In this document: positions 29,085-38,716 of the stretch, one piece after another | Numbering within the stretch: position 1 is the first letter of the stretch | Layout: the number at the start of each line of letters is the position of its first letter | Assembly (NCBI GenBank): GCA_964632315.1 | Contig: CAZWEM010000016.1 | Coordinates: 13,924 to 77,923 of the forward strand | Direction: 5' to 3' | Length of the DNA: 64,000 nt | DNA from: an uncultured archaeon | GTDB lineage: Archaea > Asgardarchaeota > Lokiarchaeia > Sigyniarchaeales > SOKP01 | Position numbers and translations under genes: made by a program | Notes under the pieces: generated by a model | The model's input: only the letters and a program-made list of their open reading frames with translations | Database searches by the model: none | What the model was told of the DNA's origin: nothing

Positions 29085-29686
29085 TTAAATTTAAAATTTT
29101 TGCTACTATTCATTAATGCTATTTTGACAAGTCGGATTATTGAAGAAGCTAAATAAGTTTCTTTTCCAAAAGAGACTTCTGGAAGATTAAACTCCCTTAA
29201 TTCACTATTGTTTATTAAATCACCAGTTTGATCACCGATTATACATATAAGCTTACTAATGTCTCGCTCACCAATAAAAAATTTGTCAAAATAATGGCCT
29301 GATTCGCTTAATAGTATGATTTTATGCTCATCTTGCATAAATTTATTGATTGCTTCAAAAATGTTCATTCTAGTCTTCTTGATTTTTAAATCTTGATCGT
29401 TTTGAAGTATGAAATCTTTAAATTTCTTAGCTAATAAAAGCTCATTTTTAGGAAATGTCTCAAGATTTAGCTCTCTATTGGTGAATATGAAAGTTCCATA
29501 TCTCGGTAAAAAGACCCAGACTTGAACAAGTAGCTCAGGAATAATAGTATTATCTAAAGCAGCTAGAATACACCTACAAATCACGTCGAATCTACCTGAT
29601 GATCCTGGCAGATCTTTTAACGTGAATTTTTCAAGATTTACCGTTTTTGATTGAATAAAGAATATTAAATCCATTGAATTAGTCAA
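29081..29686 (-). CDS. trmY: tRNA (pseudouridine54-N1)-methyltransferase, SPOUT family
   Basis: DLPGSSGRFDVICRCI, PKNE, LSESG, IGDQTG, VSFG..YLAS. Confidence 0.82.
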   Translation of the reverse strand: MTNSMDLIFFIQSKTVNLEKFTLKDLPGSSGRFDVICRCILAALDNTIIPELLVQVWVFLPRYGTFIFTNRELNLETFPKNELLLAKKFKDFILQNDQDLKIKKTRMNIFEAINKFMQDEHKIILLSESGHYFDKFFIGERDISKLICIIGDQTGDLINNSELREFNLPEVSFGKETYLASSIIRLVKIALMNSSKNFKFK

Positions 29687-29752
29687 TTGTAATCGTTATA
29701 GTTTTCCAATATTATTATATTGAATGAAATGAAAATATTATAGTGATGTTTT

Positions 29753-30682
29753 TTGGATAAGATTGATTTCAAGATTTCAATGCTCTTAATGAGTAACTCA
29801 AGGACTCCTTACAAAGAATTTGCGGATATGTTCCATATCAGTGTCAATTCCATTCATAAGCGAATAAAATCATTAGTGGATTTGAAAATTATTCAAGGAT
29901 TCAAAGCTAGACTCGGATTCGCTAATTTTGGCAATATAACGAATATTGTCATGTTTGGTATACCAAATGTTAAGAATAAGAAAGAATTAATGGATGAATT
30001 AGGTCGCAACGAAAATGTCTATAACATCACTCGAGCTAGTGGGAATATGTTTTACATATATGCATATCTTCATAAAATTAGTGAATTAGATTATTTAGTA
30101 TCATACATAAGAAAAACTGGTGATATTAATGAGCTTAAAATTGGAATCGATAGGAATTCTCCTGTTTTTTCTCAAGATTATTATAAACCACTTAATAGTA
30201 CAGATTATCTAATAATAGACTCCTTAAAGAATAATTCTAGAAAAAATATCTCTGATATTGCCAATGAATTACAGGTTTCCACTAAAACCATTAGTCGAAG
30301 ATTGGAAAATTTAATTGAATATAATTTAGTGCAATGCTATATTGATTGGTATCCTGATAATTCAGGTCAAATATTATCAATGATAATCTTAAAATTAAAA
30401 TCTGAATTGATTAAAAACGATACTGAATTTATCAATAGCTTTAAGAAACGATACGGTTCAAAAGTCATATTTACATGGTCTTTTAGTAATTTACCGAATA
30501 TTAAGTTGATTAACATTTGGACAGATACGATGAGGGAACTGCAAGAGATTGAATCCTCGTTGTTATCTGATGAAATATATGAATCAGTAGAGATTACCGT
30601 CCTTCTATATGGTAAAATGTATCCTATCTGGATTGAGAAGCTTTTGGATGAAAAAGTAAGGGAAATCAATAATCAATCTTAA
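29753..30682 (+). CDS. Tandem Lrp/AsnC-family transcriptional regulator
   Basis: Two HTH modules: MDKIDFKI..NSRTPY..RIKSL and DYLIIDSLKNNSRKNISDIA..RRLENL. Confidence 0.9.
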   Translation: MDKIDFKISMLLMSNSRTPYKEFADMFHISVNSIHKRIKSLVDLKIIQGFKARLGFANFGNITNIVMFGIPNVKNKKELMDELGRNENVYNITRASGNMFYIYAYLHKISELDYLVSYIRKTGDINELKIGIDRNSPVFSQDYYKPLNSTDYLIIDSLKNNSRKNISDIANELQVSTKTISRRLENLIEYNLVQCYIDWYPDNSGQILSMIILKLKSELIKNDTEFINSFKKRYGSKVIFTWSFSNLPNIKLINIWTDTMRELQEIESSLLSDEIYESVEITVLLYGKMYPIWIEKLLDEKVREINNQS

Positions 30683-31019
30683 TACGACAATTTTTGTTAA
30701 AAATTACCTTTTATTTAATCTAATTAGTTGAAAAAAGTGAACCAATTATTTCTGATTTTCTTTTTAAATTTAATTATAACACCGCATAAGAATAAAATAG
30801 AGTAAAAATAAGTTGAAGTCAAAACTTTTTGAGGTATGATTCTTAACCCATATGGATTAAAAATGTCCCATTTTAGCAAATCTTTTTACCTTTTTATTAT
30901 GTAAAAGGGTAGCATTAATTTTAAAAGGGTTTTTCTATATTTTGATATCAAATAATGGACTAAATATGTTTTATATTGATCTAAAAATACAATTAAAATA
31001 ATAAAAATTTGGTGATAAT

Positions 31020-31838
31020 ATGTCAGAAATAAAATTAAAATCATATGAAAAACCCGAGAATATAATTAATCCAGATTCAGAATTCTCAATAGAGGTTAAT
31101 AATCTTAGAAAGGTGTTCCGAGGGAAAAAGTATTATGATGATATCATTGCGGTAGATGATATCTCCTTTAAAATAAAATCGGGAGAATTATTTGGCTTTT
31201 TAGGTCCAAATGGAGCTGGAAAAACTACAACCATCAACATCTTGATTGGATTATTAAAAGCTACAAGTGGTGTTGCCGTAATTAATAGTTACGATGTCAA
31301 TGATGCTCTTTCTCATATAAAAGAGTTAATCGGAGTTTGTCCTCAAGAGCCAGCTGTTTTTAAGAATTTAACAGGTAAAGAAAACATCAAGCTATTTGGA
31401 AGATTGCATTCAATGAAAAAACTTGAAATAGATAATAGAATGGATAAGTTAATGAAAATTCTTGATTTAGGAAAAGCTATAAAAAGAAAAACCAAAGGTT
31501 ACAGTGGAGGCATGATAAGGCAGCTTAACATCATCATTTCACTTATTCATGATCCTAAGATTGCTTTTTTGGACGAACCTACGGTTGGAATGGATCCAAG
31601 AGCACGGAGAGCAACGTGGGATTTTATTCGCTCATTAAAAAAGACAAATAAAACAGTTTTCTTAACAACACATTACATTGAAGAAGCTGAAAAGTTGTGT
31701 GATCGGGTTGCGATCATCGATTATGGCAAAATCATTGAAATTGGAAATCCAAAAGAATTGATTCAAAAATATTCAGTGAATAATCTGGAGGAGGTTTTTA
31801 TGAAAATTACAGGTAGAAGGATTATGGAGGGGATGTAA
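31020..31838 (+). CDS. ABC-2 (DrrA-like) exporter ATP-binding protein
   Basis: GPNGAGKTT, YSGGM, FLDEPTVGMDP, LTTHY. Confidence 0.93.
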   Translation: MSEIKLKSYEKPENIINPDSEFSIEVNNLRKVFRGKKYYDDIIAVDDISFKIKSGELFGFLGPNGAGKTTTINILIGLLKATSGVAVINSYDVNDALSHIKELIGVCPQEPAVFKNLTGKENIKLFGRLHSMKKLEIDNRMDKLMKILDLGKAIKRKTKGYSGGMIRQLNIIISLIHDPKIAFLDEPTVGMDPRARRATWDFIRSLKKTNKTVFLTTHYIEEAEKLCDRVAIIDYGKIIEIGNPKELIQKYSVNNLEEVFMKITGRRIMEGM

Positions 31839-32576
31839 ATGAATATTGGCAGAATGGCTGCTCTTTTGAAAATGATGCTTCTAAAATTGTTTCGAGAACC
31901 TGCTTATGTTTTTCTGATGCTCTTGTTCCCTGCTATGTTAACGATCATGTTTGGTTTTATATTTGCTGATCCTGAATTTGGAATGTCGATGAATGTTACT
32001 GCGCCGGGATTATTCGCATATGCTTGTATATTTATAATAATGACGGTTGCTCAATCATTTGCAGATATGAGGGATCAGGGTCTCCTTAAAAGACTGAACA
32101 CAACCCCAATGAAATCATCCGATTTTATGGGGGGTGAAATCATTTCAAATATGATATTAGTAATTTTACAAGTAATTATTGTTTATTTACTCGCACTTCC
32201 ATTTGGATTTACGCCTGATACAAACTTTTTTGGAATTCTATTAGCATTTCTATTGATGGTAGTGTTTTCACTAAGTTCAGTTGGTTTAGGCTTAATAACC
32301 GCAACAATATCGAAATCTTCTGGAATTGCCACAGGAATATCATTTATCTTCATCTTACCCCAAATGTTTTTTGGTACCTTTATGCCAATTACTTCAACTG
32401 CTAAACCAATAGCTTCGTTAATGCCAAGTTATCATGCGACTCAAGCACTTTCCGCGATCTTTAATGGGGATCTTACAAGTCCTCAGGTGATTTCTGGTTT
32501 CACATTTACAGCAATTGCAAGTATTATAATAATAGTTCTTGGGATCTTCTTATTCAAGAAATATGGAAATAAATAA
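31839..32576 (+). CDS. ABC-2 type permease
   Basis: Six TM helices, GLLKRLNTTP motif, abuts the ATPase gene. Confidence 0.9.
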   Translation: MNIGRMAALLKMMLLKLFREPAYVFLMLLFPAMLTIMFGFIFADPEFGMSMNVTAPGLFAYACIFIIMTVAQSFADMRDQGLLKRLNTTPMKSSDFMGGEIISNMILVILQVIIVYLLALPFGFTPDTNFFGILLAFLLMVVFSLSSVGLGLITATISKSSGIATGISFIFILPQMFFGTFMPITSTAKPIASLMPSYHATQALSAIFNGDLTSPQVISGFTFTAIASIIIIVLGIFLFKKYGNK

Positions 32577-33037
32577 AATATTTTTTTTTCTTTTTTTCTT
32601 AAATATATTTAAGTAAAGTTTTTTAGATTTAAGGTAATATAATATCTTGGGAAAACGAGGAAGGAACATTTCGCATAATCGAGGACGTGGATGAATTATC
32701 TTGATTTCACGTGCAAATTTATGCATACATCCAGAGTTTAATAATCAGGAATAACACTGCAATACAAATGGGCTCTTTACTAAGCTATGGTATGTTCCTA
32801 TGCGATGAAGTGTGAGTCAGTATCCCTAATTGCAGATATGATTATGTCCCCAAAACGGCATAGAAATTAAAGCCTAACACGAGAGAACTTTTTCGATAAA
32901 AATTGGTATTACCTAAATATGAAAAAAAAGAGTTAGTGTTTTTAGGCGACAATATATGCTCATAAACAAACTTACATACTTTTTTTAGACCAAAGTTGAT
33001 AGTGTGAAATCATTAACTAATTTTTCATGAAATTTAC

Positions 33038-33508
33038 TTAAAGCAAACCTACCGTATCTGAACTGAATAAATCTTTTAATTCATTACTGAGTTCTCCTTG
33101 ATCTGCCTGTAAATATCGTTTTAAAATTGCGCTAATTTTTGGAGCAAATCTTTTAATGATAGCTCGCATATAGCCGATTTGAACATTTTTATCAGTCACT
33201 ATACATATAATTCCCTTTCCAGCTTTTCCAGAAAAGATAAATCCTTTATCATATTCTGTAATTTGGAGCTCTGTACTTCCATATCCAAGGATATGTCCTT
33301 GCTCTTCACCCGCTGTAAATACTGCGCCTCCTATAGCACCAATCTTTTCCACTGAAATTTCTTGTTCATTAGAAAATCTGAATTTTGACTCACTTAGAAT
33401 GGTTATTCCGGTATCGTCAATTAGGATGACGTTTTTTAATCCTGGAGTACTATTGATGATTGATTTTAAAATTTTTCTTAAAGCAGTCTCATCTTGAGAA
33501 TAACTCAT
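33038..33508 (-). CDS. Roadblock/LAMTOR2 (LC7) domain protein
   Basis: TPGLKNVILIDDTGITI...KIGAIGGAVFTAGE...LGYG..ELQITEYDKG..GKGIICIVTDKNVQIG. Confidence 0.85.
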   Translation of the reverse strand: MSYSQDETALRKILKSIINSTPGLKNVILIDDTGITILSESKFRFSNEQEISVEKIGAIGGAVFTAGEEQGHILGYGSTELQITEYDKGFIFSGKAGKGIICIVTDKNVQIGYMRAIIKRFAPKISAILKRYLQADQGELSNELKDLFSSDTVGLL

Positions 33509-33644
33509 AGTATTTACCTTAATATAAATAACAGTGAATGATATTAGAACAATTTTTATATTACTTATTTTAAAAATAACTCTTTAAACTTAAAAATTTA
33601 GGTTCTTTTTTTAAAATATCGCTCGAAGGATTGTTAAAACCAGA

Positions 33645-34004
33645 TTAAAAGAGTTCTTGACTTTTGATAATTTTCTTTAAATACTTAATACCTTCTTTAT
33701 ACCTTTTAGATCTTTCTAACAAAAGGAACAAGCGATATCTCTTTCCTCGGTCGATGTCAAATTTAAGTTGGATCAGATTTGGATCCTTAATGGAAAATTC
33801 ACGATTTTTAGCAACAGCTGATAAAGCTAACGTATTTTCATGAACCCACAATCGTTTTGAAATATCTGCCCCAATTGGAAACCCATTGCGATCCGTAATT
33901 ACACCCGCTACGAAATTTGGAAAGTTTTTTTTAATTCGATGCAGAAAATAATTAACTTCGGTTTGCTTTACCAATCTGGTTGATTCTGGTTTCATCAAAC
34001 CCAC
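33645..34004 (-). CDS. Roadblock-like small protein (divergent)
   Basis: FVAGVITDRNGFPIGA is a roadblock/profilin-like beta-hairpin motif; adjacent to the roadblock gene. Confidence 0.55.
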   Translation of the reverse strand: MGLMKPESTRLVKQTEVNYFLHRIKKNFPNFVAGVITDRNGFPIGADISKRLWVHENTLALSAVAKNREFSIKDPNLIQLKFDIDRGKRYRLFLLLERSKRYKEGIKYLKKIIKSQELF

Positions 34005-34117
34005 CTGCCAATTTTAACTTTTACGATAGGATCAACATAAATGAGTTTAATCTTTAAATAGTGTATTATGAGAATATTACGAAAAGGAGGTCTAAACTAT
34101 AAAAAAATTTAATTAAG

Positions 34118-35074
34118 CTATTTTTTCTTGAATTTAATGCCTAAATTCAGATTTTCAATCAATTCACTAAATCGATTACGTACTGTAACTTCGGTTACTT
34201 GAGAAATCTGAGCAATACGACGTTGAGTTCTTCTTTCCTTAGTCAAAATACTCGCAGCATATATTGCTGCCGCACAAACTCCTGTAGGGCCTCTTCCTGA
34301 TGTCAATCCACGAAACTCAGCCATTTTAATAACTTTTTTTGCTAGTTTATGACATTCTGTTGATAATCCAAGTTCAGAAACAAACCTAGTAAGAAAATCA
34401 GCAGGTTTTGTGGGATTCAAGTTTAAAATCAATTCTTTTGAAATAAAACGAAAAGATCTCCCTATTTCCTTTTTATCGACCCTTGCAACCTCCGCAATTT
34501 CATTTAAAGTCCTAGGAACTTTGTACATTCTACAAGCGGCGTAAAGTGAAGCCGCAGCAACCCCTTCTATTGATCTTCCACGTATTAAATGTTTTTCGAC
34601 AGCATCTCGATAAATTTTTGCAGAACATTCTCTTAGATTTTTTTGAAGATCAAGATTTGAAGCCATTCTGTCTAATTCACTAAGTGCGAAAGTTAAATTC
34701 CTTTCAGTTGCGTCTGATACTCTAATACGACTTTGCCACTTTCGCAATCTGTATATCTGTCCTCTTAGTTTAGCAGGTATTTCTTTTCCGAAAATATCTC
34801 GATTTTTCCAATCTATCATTGTACTTAAACCTTTATCGTGAATCATGTATGTCATTGGTGCACCCGTACGAGTTCGTTTTTTCTTTTGATCAGCATCGAA
34901 TGCTCTCCATTCCGGACCATGATCGATATGATTCTCAGAATGTACTAATCCACACTCTTCACATACAATTAAACCGCGATTTTCATCAAATAAGATATTT
35001 TTTCCGCATTCAGCACAAACGCCATCACGGATTTTAATATTTTCTTCAGTAGAAAGATTATTCCAACTTGAAAT
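34118..35074 (-). CDS. tfb: Transcription initiation factor IIB (ATT start)
   Basis: The Zn ribbon (CAECG...VCEECG) and B-reader ([10 protein letters not shown]) lie upstream of the track ATG. The frame is open to ATT 35074/ATC 35077, then TAA. Cyclin repeats [20 protein letters not shown]. Confidence 0.96.
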   Translation of the reverse strand: MSSWNNLSTEENIKIRDGVCAECGKNILFDENRGLIVCEECGLVHSENHIDHGPEWRAFDADQKKKRTRTGAPMTYMIHDKGLSTMIDWKNRDIFGKEIPAKLRGQIYRLRKWQSRIRVSDATERNLTFALSELDRMASNLDLQKNLRECSAKIYRDAVEKHLIRGRSIEGVAAASLYAACRMYKVPRTLNEIAEVARVDKKEIGRSFRFISKELILNLNPTKPADFLTRFVSELGLSTECHKLAKKVIKMAEFRGLTSGRGPTGVCAAAIYAASILTKERRTQRRIAQISQVTEVTVRNRFSELIENLNLGIKFKKK

Positions 35075-35115
35075 GATTTACACCTTGTAATATAATAAAA
35101 AATAAATCCGAAATT

Positions 35116-35364
35116 TCAATCTATTTTAACATAACACTTGTCTTGTGAACTAAATTGATAGTTCGATGTCGTTTTTACTGAAATAAACGGTAAATTAACT
35201 GGACCAAATACTTCTTTCACATAACCGATCTCATCATAAGACTCAGAGAATAATGGTTCATTCACTATTTTTTCTAAAGCTTTATTCCATTGTTTTGCTC
35301 TAAAAATCTGGTATTTTTTCGATTTCCCGAGGTAGAATAAATTTAACTTTACCCAGTTTTTCAA
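35116..35364 (-). CDS. gar1: Gar1/Naf1 H/ACA RNP protein
   Basis: IGYVKEVFGPVNLPFISVK motif; conserved gar1-tfb adjacency. Confidence 0.85.
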   Translation of the reverse strand: MKNWVKLNLFYLGKSKKYQIFRAKQWNKALEKIVNEPLFSESYDEIGYVKEVFGPVNLPFISVKTTSNYQFSSQDKCYVKID

Positions 35365-35518
35365 GGCTTACCCTATAGCATTGTTAAAATATTAAAGTAG
35401 AAAATTGAATATTAATATTTAAAATTAATGATTTAAGCAATTCTTTACAATATTGTAAAAAATATAGAAGTGTTTAGCTTTTTAAAAACTATATATAAAG
35501 AAAATAAAATATCACTAT

Positions 35519-36595
35519 TTACTCATATATTTTTTGGATATGATACTTCAATTTGCAATCACATTCCATTTTCTCTTCTGGATACTTGATTTCATTAAGG
35601 TTTTGAGTAAGTACAAACTTTTGTAGTATTTTTTTCATGTTCTCATTACACAGCCTATCATTACAATTGTGTATTCCCCTTTTTGTACCTGCTCCAGAAG
35701 GATCTGACACAATACGCGTGCTTTCTAATATTTCTTGAGAGCTTATTGCAGACTTCAGACATTTTATTAAAGAGTAAAACCATGGTGGACGATAAAGCTT
35801 TTTTTTCCAAAGATATTCAACCAAAGTACCTTTTTGAATGTTAATAGGGTTAATAGAGATAGTATTAACTTTTAATTCTATCAATTTCTTGATTGAAGTG
35901 ACACAATCATCGATCGCGGACTTTTCATTAAGGAAAGGGGGTTTTAATAAAAGATATACTCTTACGCCTAATTGATAGCTTTTGCATAACTTTACAGCTG
36001 ATAAAAAGTCATCATAAAGTAGTCCCTTGTTCAAGTATTTAATACGGATATGATCATTCGAAGTTTCTAGTCCTATGGCTATCTCAATATGTTTATTCCC
36101 TAACATTTCTTTCATTTTCTTTAGCTTTGTTTTATCCAAAAATTCAACTCGAGATTCCACAACTATCTCCTTAATCTTATCAACTTGACTGATTTTTTGA
36201 TAAATTAACTCTCTCGTATCTTCATTCATTTCTTCATCATCAAAGAAACTGCCAGAATTAAATATTTTTATAATAAAATTAAAACTATCTTTCTCTATCT
36301 CTTCAATTTTAGCATTCCATGCTTTCTGGAATTGATTTATAATGTGATGGGATTCCACATTTTTTATATAAGAATCTTTAATGTATCCACACATAGAACA
36401 TCCCCCTGTATCGCTTAATGCCCATTTACATCCTCTTGTTCTAAGAATAATTGTAAACTCTTTGCCAATCTCGTTTAATAAACGATCTTCCTTTATCCAA
36501 TAACTTATTGGGTTACTCAATTCCCTTTCAGATAGTTCGGGTATTTCTTTTAGGGCTTTTTTCCGAATTTGTTTCAATTCTTCGATCATTTTCAT
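35519..36595 (-). CDS. Archaeosine biosynthesis radical SAM protein RaSEA
   Basis: ILRTRGCKW..GGCSMCGY, IFNSGSFFD, ESR, GLETSND, LLKPPFL, YRPPW; coupled to arcS. Confidence 0.88.
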   Translation of the reverse strand: MKMIEELKQIRKKALKEIPELSERELSNPISYWIKEDRLLNEIGKEFTIILRTRGCKWALSDTGGCSMCGYIKDSYIKNVESHHIINQFQKAWNAKIEEIEKDSFNFIIKIFNSGSFFDDEEMNEDTRELIYQKISQVDKIKEIVVESRVEFLDKTKLKKMKEMLGNKHIEIAIGLETSNDHIRIKYLNKGLLYDDFLSAVKLCKSYQLGVRVYLLLKPPFLNEKSAIDDCVTSIKKLIELKVNTISINPINIQKGTLVEYLWKKKLYRPPWFYSLIKCLKSAISSQEILESTRIVSDPSGAGTKRGIHNCNDRLCNENMKKILQKFVLTQNLNEIKYPEEKMECDCKLKYHIQKIYE

Positions 36596-38661
36596 TATTT
36601 TCCTGCTTTATTGATTATTTCTGCAATTCTACCTGACATTGAATTTTTAAGAAATGAAGCTCCCACTATCATCTTTGCAATGGAAATAATGTTTTGCTTT
36701 TCGTTATCCCATATCACTACATACCCTTTCGGTTTTAAATCTAAACTATAATCGATAATACCTGGTCTGAATAAAGTGCTCCCTCTTATTTGCTTACCGT
36801 CAAAAATTATATACTTATATTTTCTGAAATGCTCTTTAATCTTATTTGCTCCTTTCAAAGTTAATTCTAACTCGCCGGTATTTTGATCATATTCTCCCAA
36901 ATTAGATTTTGATTTTAAATCAACTATGAAAGAGAGTTTTCTTCTTCTATCTTCCTTTATCTTATAATCACCAGAAAGAAGCAGTTCTCCAACCATTTTA
37001 CCGTAATGATAATCGATAATTTTTTCCAATTTTCTTTTATGATAATTTACTTTTGGATTAGATTGGATCGGATTAAGATTAAATTTTTCTATTGAATTTC
37101 CTAAAGATACGAGGGAATCACGTGAAGTCGTGGATCCAACAATATCAGTGAAATAAAAATTATGATCAGTTTTATCAATTACTTTAGATACAATTTTTCG
37201 ATAGCCTCCCTTTGGGAGATGACAGATTATTGGTATTTGGGAGTTATATTTTTCAAGGAATTTTAATAGCATATTTTCAGTAATCTTGATCTCAGTATCA
37301 TCCCACTCTCCAGTTACTGAGATATTATATGAATTTGCTGGATATATTGTTTCAAGTTGCCGAGGAATGACTCCTAGTGGAGATGTAAGGATAAATTCTT
37401 GGATCTGTGAAAAGTTTGCATTTTTCTTCATTACTGAAAGAAATTTACGATGAGATTTTGATAAAGAATACGGTTTTTTAGATGAACACGGTAATAAAAC
37501 GATTATCTTAGTCCAATTCTCAGGTGTAAATGTCTCCACCACTCTTTTCCTAAATCTTACAAAATCAGGGCGATGATAAGAGGAGGGGCCTATGCTATTA
37601 ATCGTCATTCTTTCTTGAATTACTGGTGTTTCACTACAAATAAATTCAGAATACTGTTTATCTAAAATTTTTAACATTGAAATGAGGTTTGTGTCATCAT
37701 TCGAAGATTTTTCAACGAAAAACCTAAAATCTTCCGTTTTAAGATATTGTTTTATTTTTTGCATGTAATTGTTAAATGTTGTTAAATTATGCAGCGAAAG
37801 CAATTCTATTTTCTCTCTTGAAGGAGATGTTGAATCTAGATCTAATAATTTTGTCCTACATGAGCTACATGAACAAGCGAAATATTTCATTTTATGCAAT
37901 GGTATTGAATATTCAATGGTATTATAAAAATACTCAGATGCAAGAAAGAGAGAATAAGATGCATCAATTAAATCAAATCCCAAATATACCAATAAAGGGT
38001 AAAATTTTGGAATTATTTTACCCGAAATCATTAAGACTAAGTTAGGATCTAAATCTCTTTTTACTTGGATAATTAATTTTAAGATTTGTCTGAAATTTTT
38101 GATGGAATTAAAAAGATCTTCAAAATTCAGGAGCTTGATATTATTATACTGTTTGAATAAATCAATGTATTCCTCTATTAAATCTGGATAATCAAATAAT
38201 TTAATGGTGACTCCAAAATTTAAATCAGGATACTCTTCCAATATATTTCTTGCTGTTTTAACATAATGATTTATTTCATTTTTAGCAAACTCTCTATTTA
38301 CAACATATGATGGATTATTGAATGGGATTAATGCAATTAAGTTATCTTGTGAGAAAATTTCAATTTTTTCCTCTAAAATCTCTTGAAATCTTTCCAGAGT
38401 TCCATAATGAGTGTAAATAAACCCATTTTCTCTGAATTTATCTTGAATAAAAGCGATTTTAAGAAACATCACTTTTGAAATTATAAAAATTTGGTGTTTT
38501 TCAAATTCCTCCAAAAATGATACGATGCTCAATAAAAAATTCTTTAAAGGAATTACCGTATTTGGAGTAGATACAAACCTTTTGAATTCTTTGGATAATA
38601 TGATTCGACCCGTTCGTGATAAACCAATCTCTTTTCTCAGTAACTCAAAAAAAAAAGTCAT
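36595..38661 (-). CDS. arcS: Archaeosine synthase subunit ArcS (TGT-like, DUF5591 and PUA domains)
   Basis: RTGRI, LVYLGFDLID, CSCSSC..HN, LLPCSSKKPYSLSKSH, TSPLGVIPR, YP..Y.I.VTGEW, C-terminal PUA. Confidence 0.88.
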   Translation of the reverse strand: MTFFFELLRKEIGLSRTGRIILSKEFKRFVSTPNTVIPLKNFLLSIVSFLEEFEKHQIFIISKVMFLKIAFIQDKFRENGFIYTHYGTLERFQEILEEKIEIFSQDNLIALIPFNNPSYVVNREFAKNEINHYVKTARNILEEYPDLNFGVTIKLFDYPDLIEEYIDLFKQYNNIKLLNFEDLFNSIKNFRQILKLIIQVKRDLDPNLVLMISGKIIPKFYPLLVYLGFDLIDASYSLFLASEYFYNTIEYSIPLHKMKYFACSCSSCRTKLLDLDSTSPSREKIELLSLHNLTTFNNYMQKIKQYLKTEDFRFFVEKSSNDDTNLISMLKILDKQYSEFICSETPVIQERMTINSIGPSSYHRPDFVRFRKRVVETFTPENWTKIIVLLPCSSKKPYSLSKSHRKFLSVMKKNANFSQIQEFILTSPLGVIPRQLETIYPANSYNISVTGEWDDTEIKITENMLLKFLEKYNSQIPIICHLPKGGYRKIVSKVIDKTDHNFYFTDIVGSTTSRDSLVSLGNSIEKFNLNPIQSNPKVNYHKRKLEKIIDYHYGKMVGELLLSGDYKIKEDRRRKLSFIVDLKSKSNLGEYDQNTGELELTLKGANKIKEHFRKYKYIIFDGKQIRGSTLFRPGIIDYSLDLKPKGYVVIWDNEKQNIISIAKMIVGASFLKNSMSGRIAEIINKAGK

Positions 38662-38716
38662 GTTTTCAAGTAAAAATATCTTTTTAATCTATTAAAATTA
38701 ATTTATTTGAGAATTC

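Noticed and set aside
32654-32895. Possible RNase P RNA (GAGGAAG... and ...AACACGAG)
   Set aside because: It lacks the GAGGAAAGUCC / AACAGAA..GGCUUA P4 pairing and a P1 stem.
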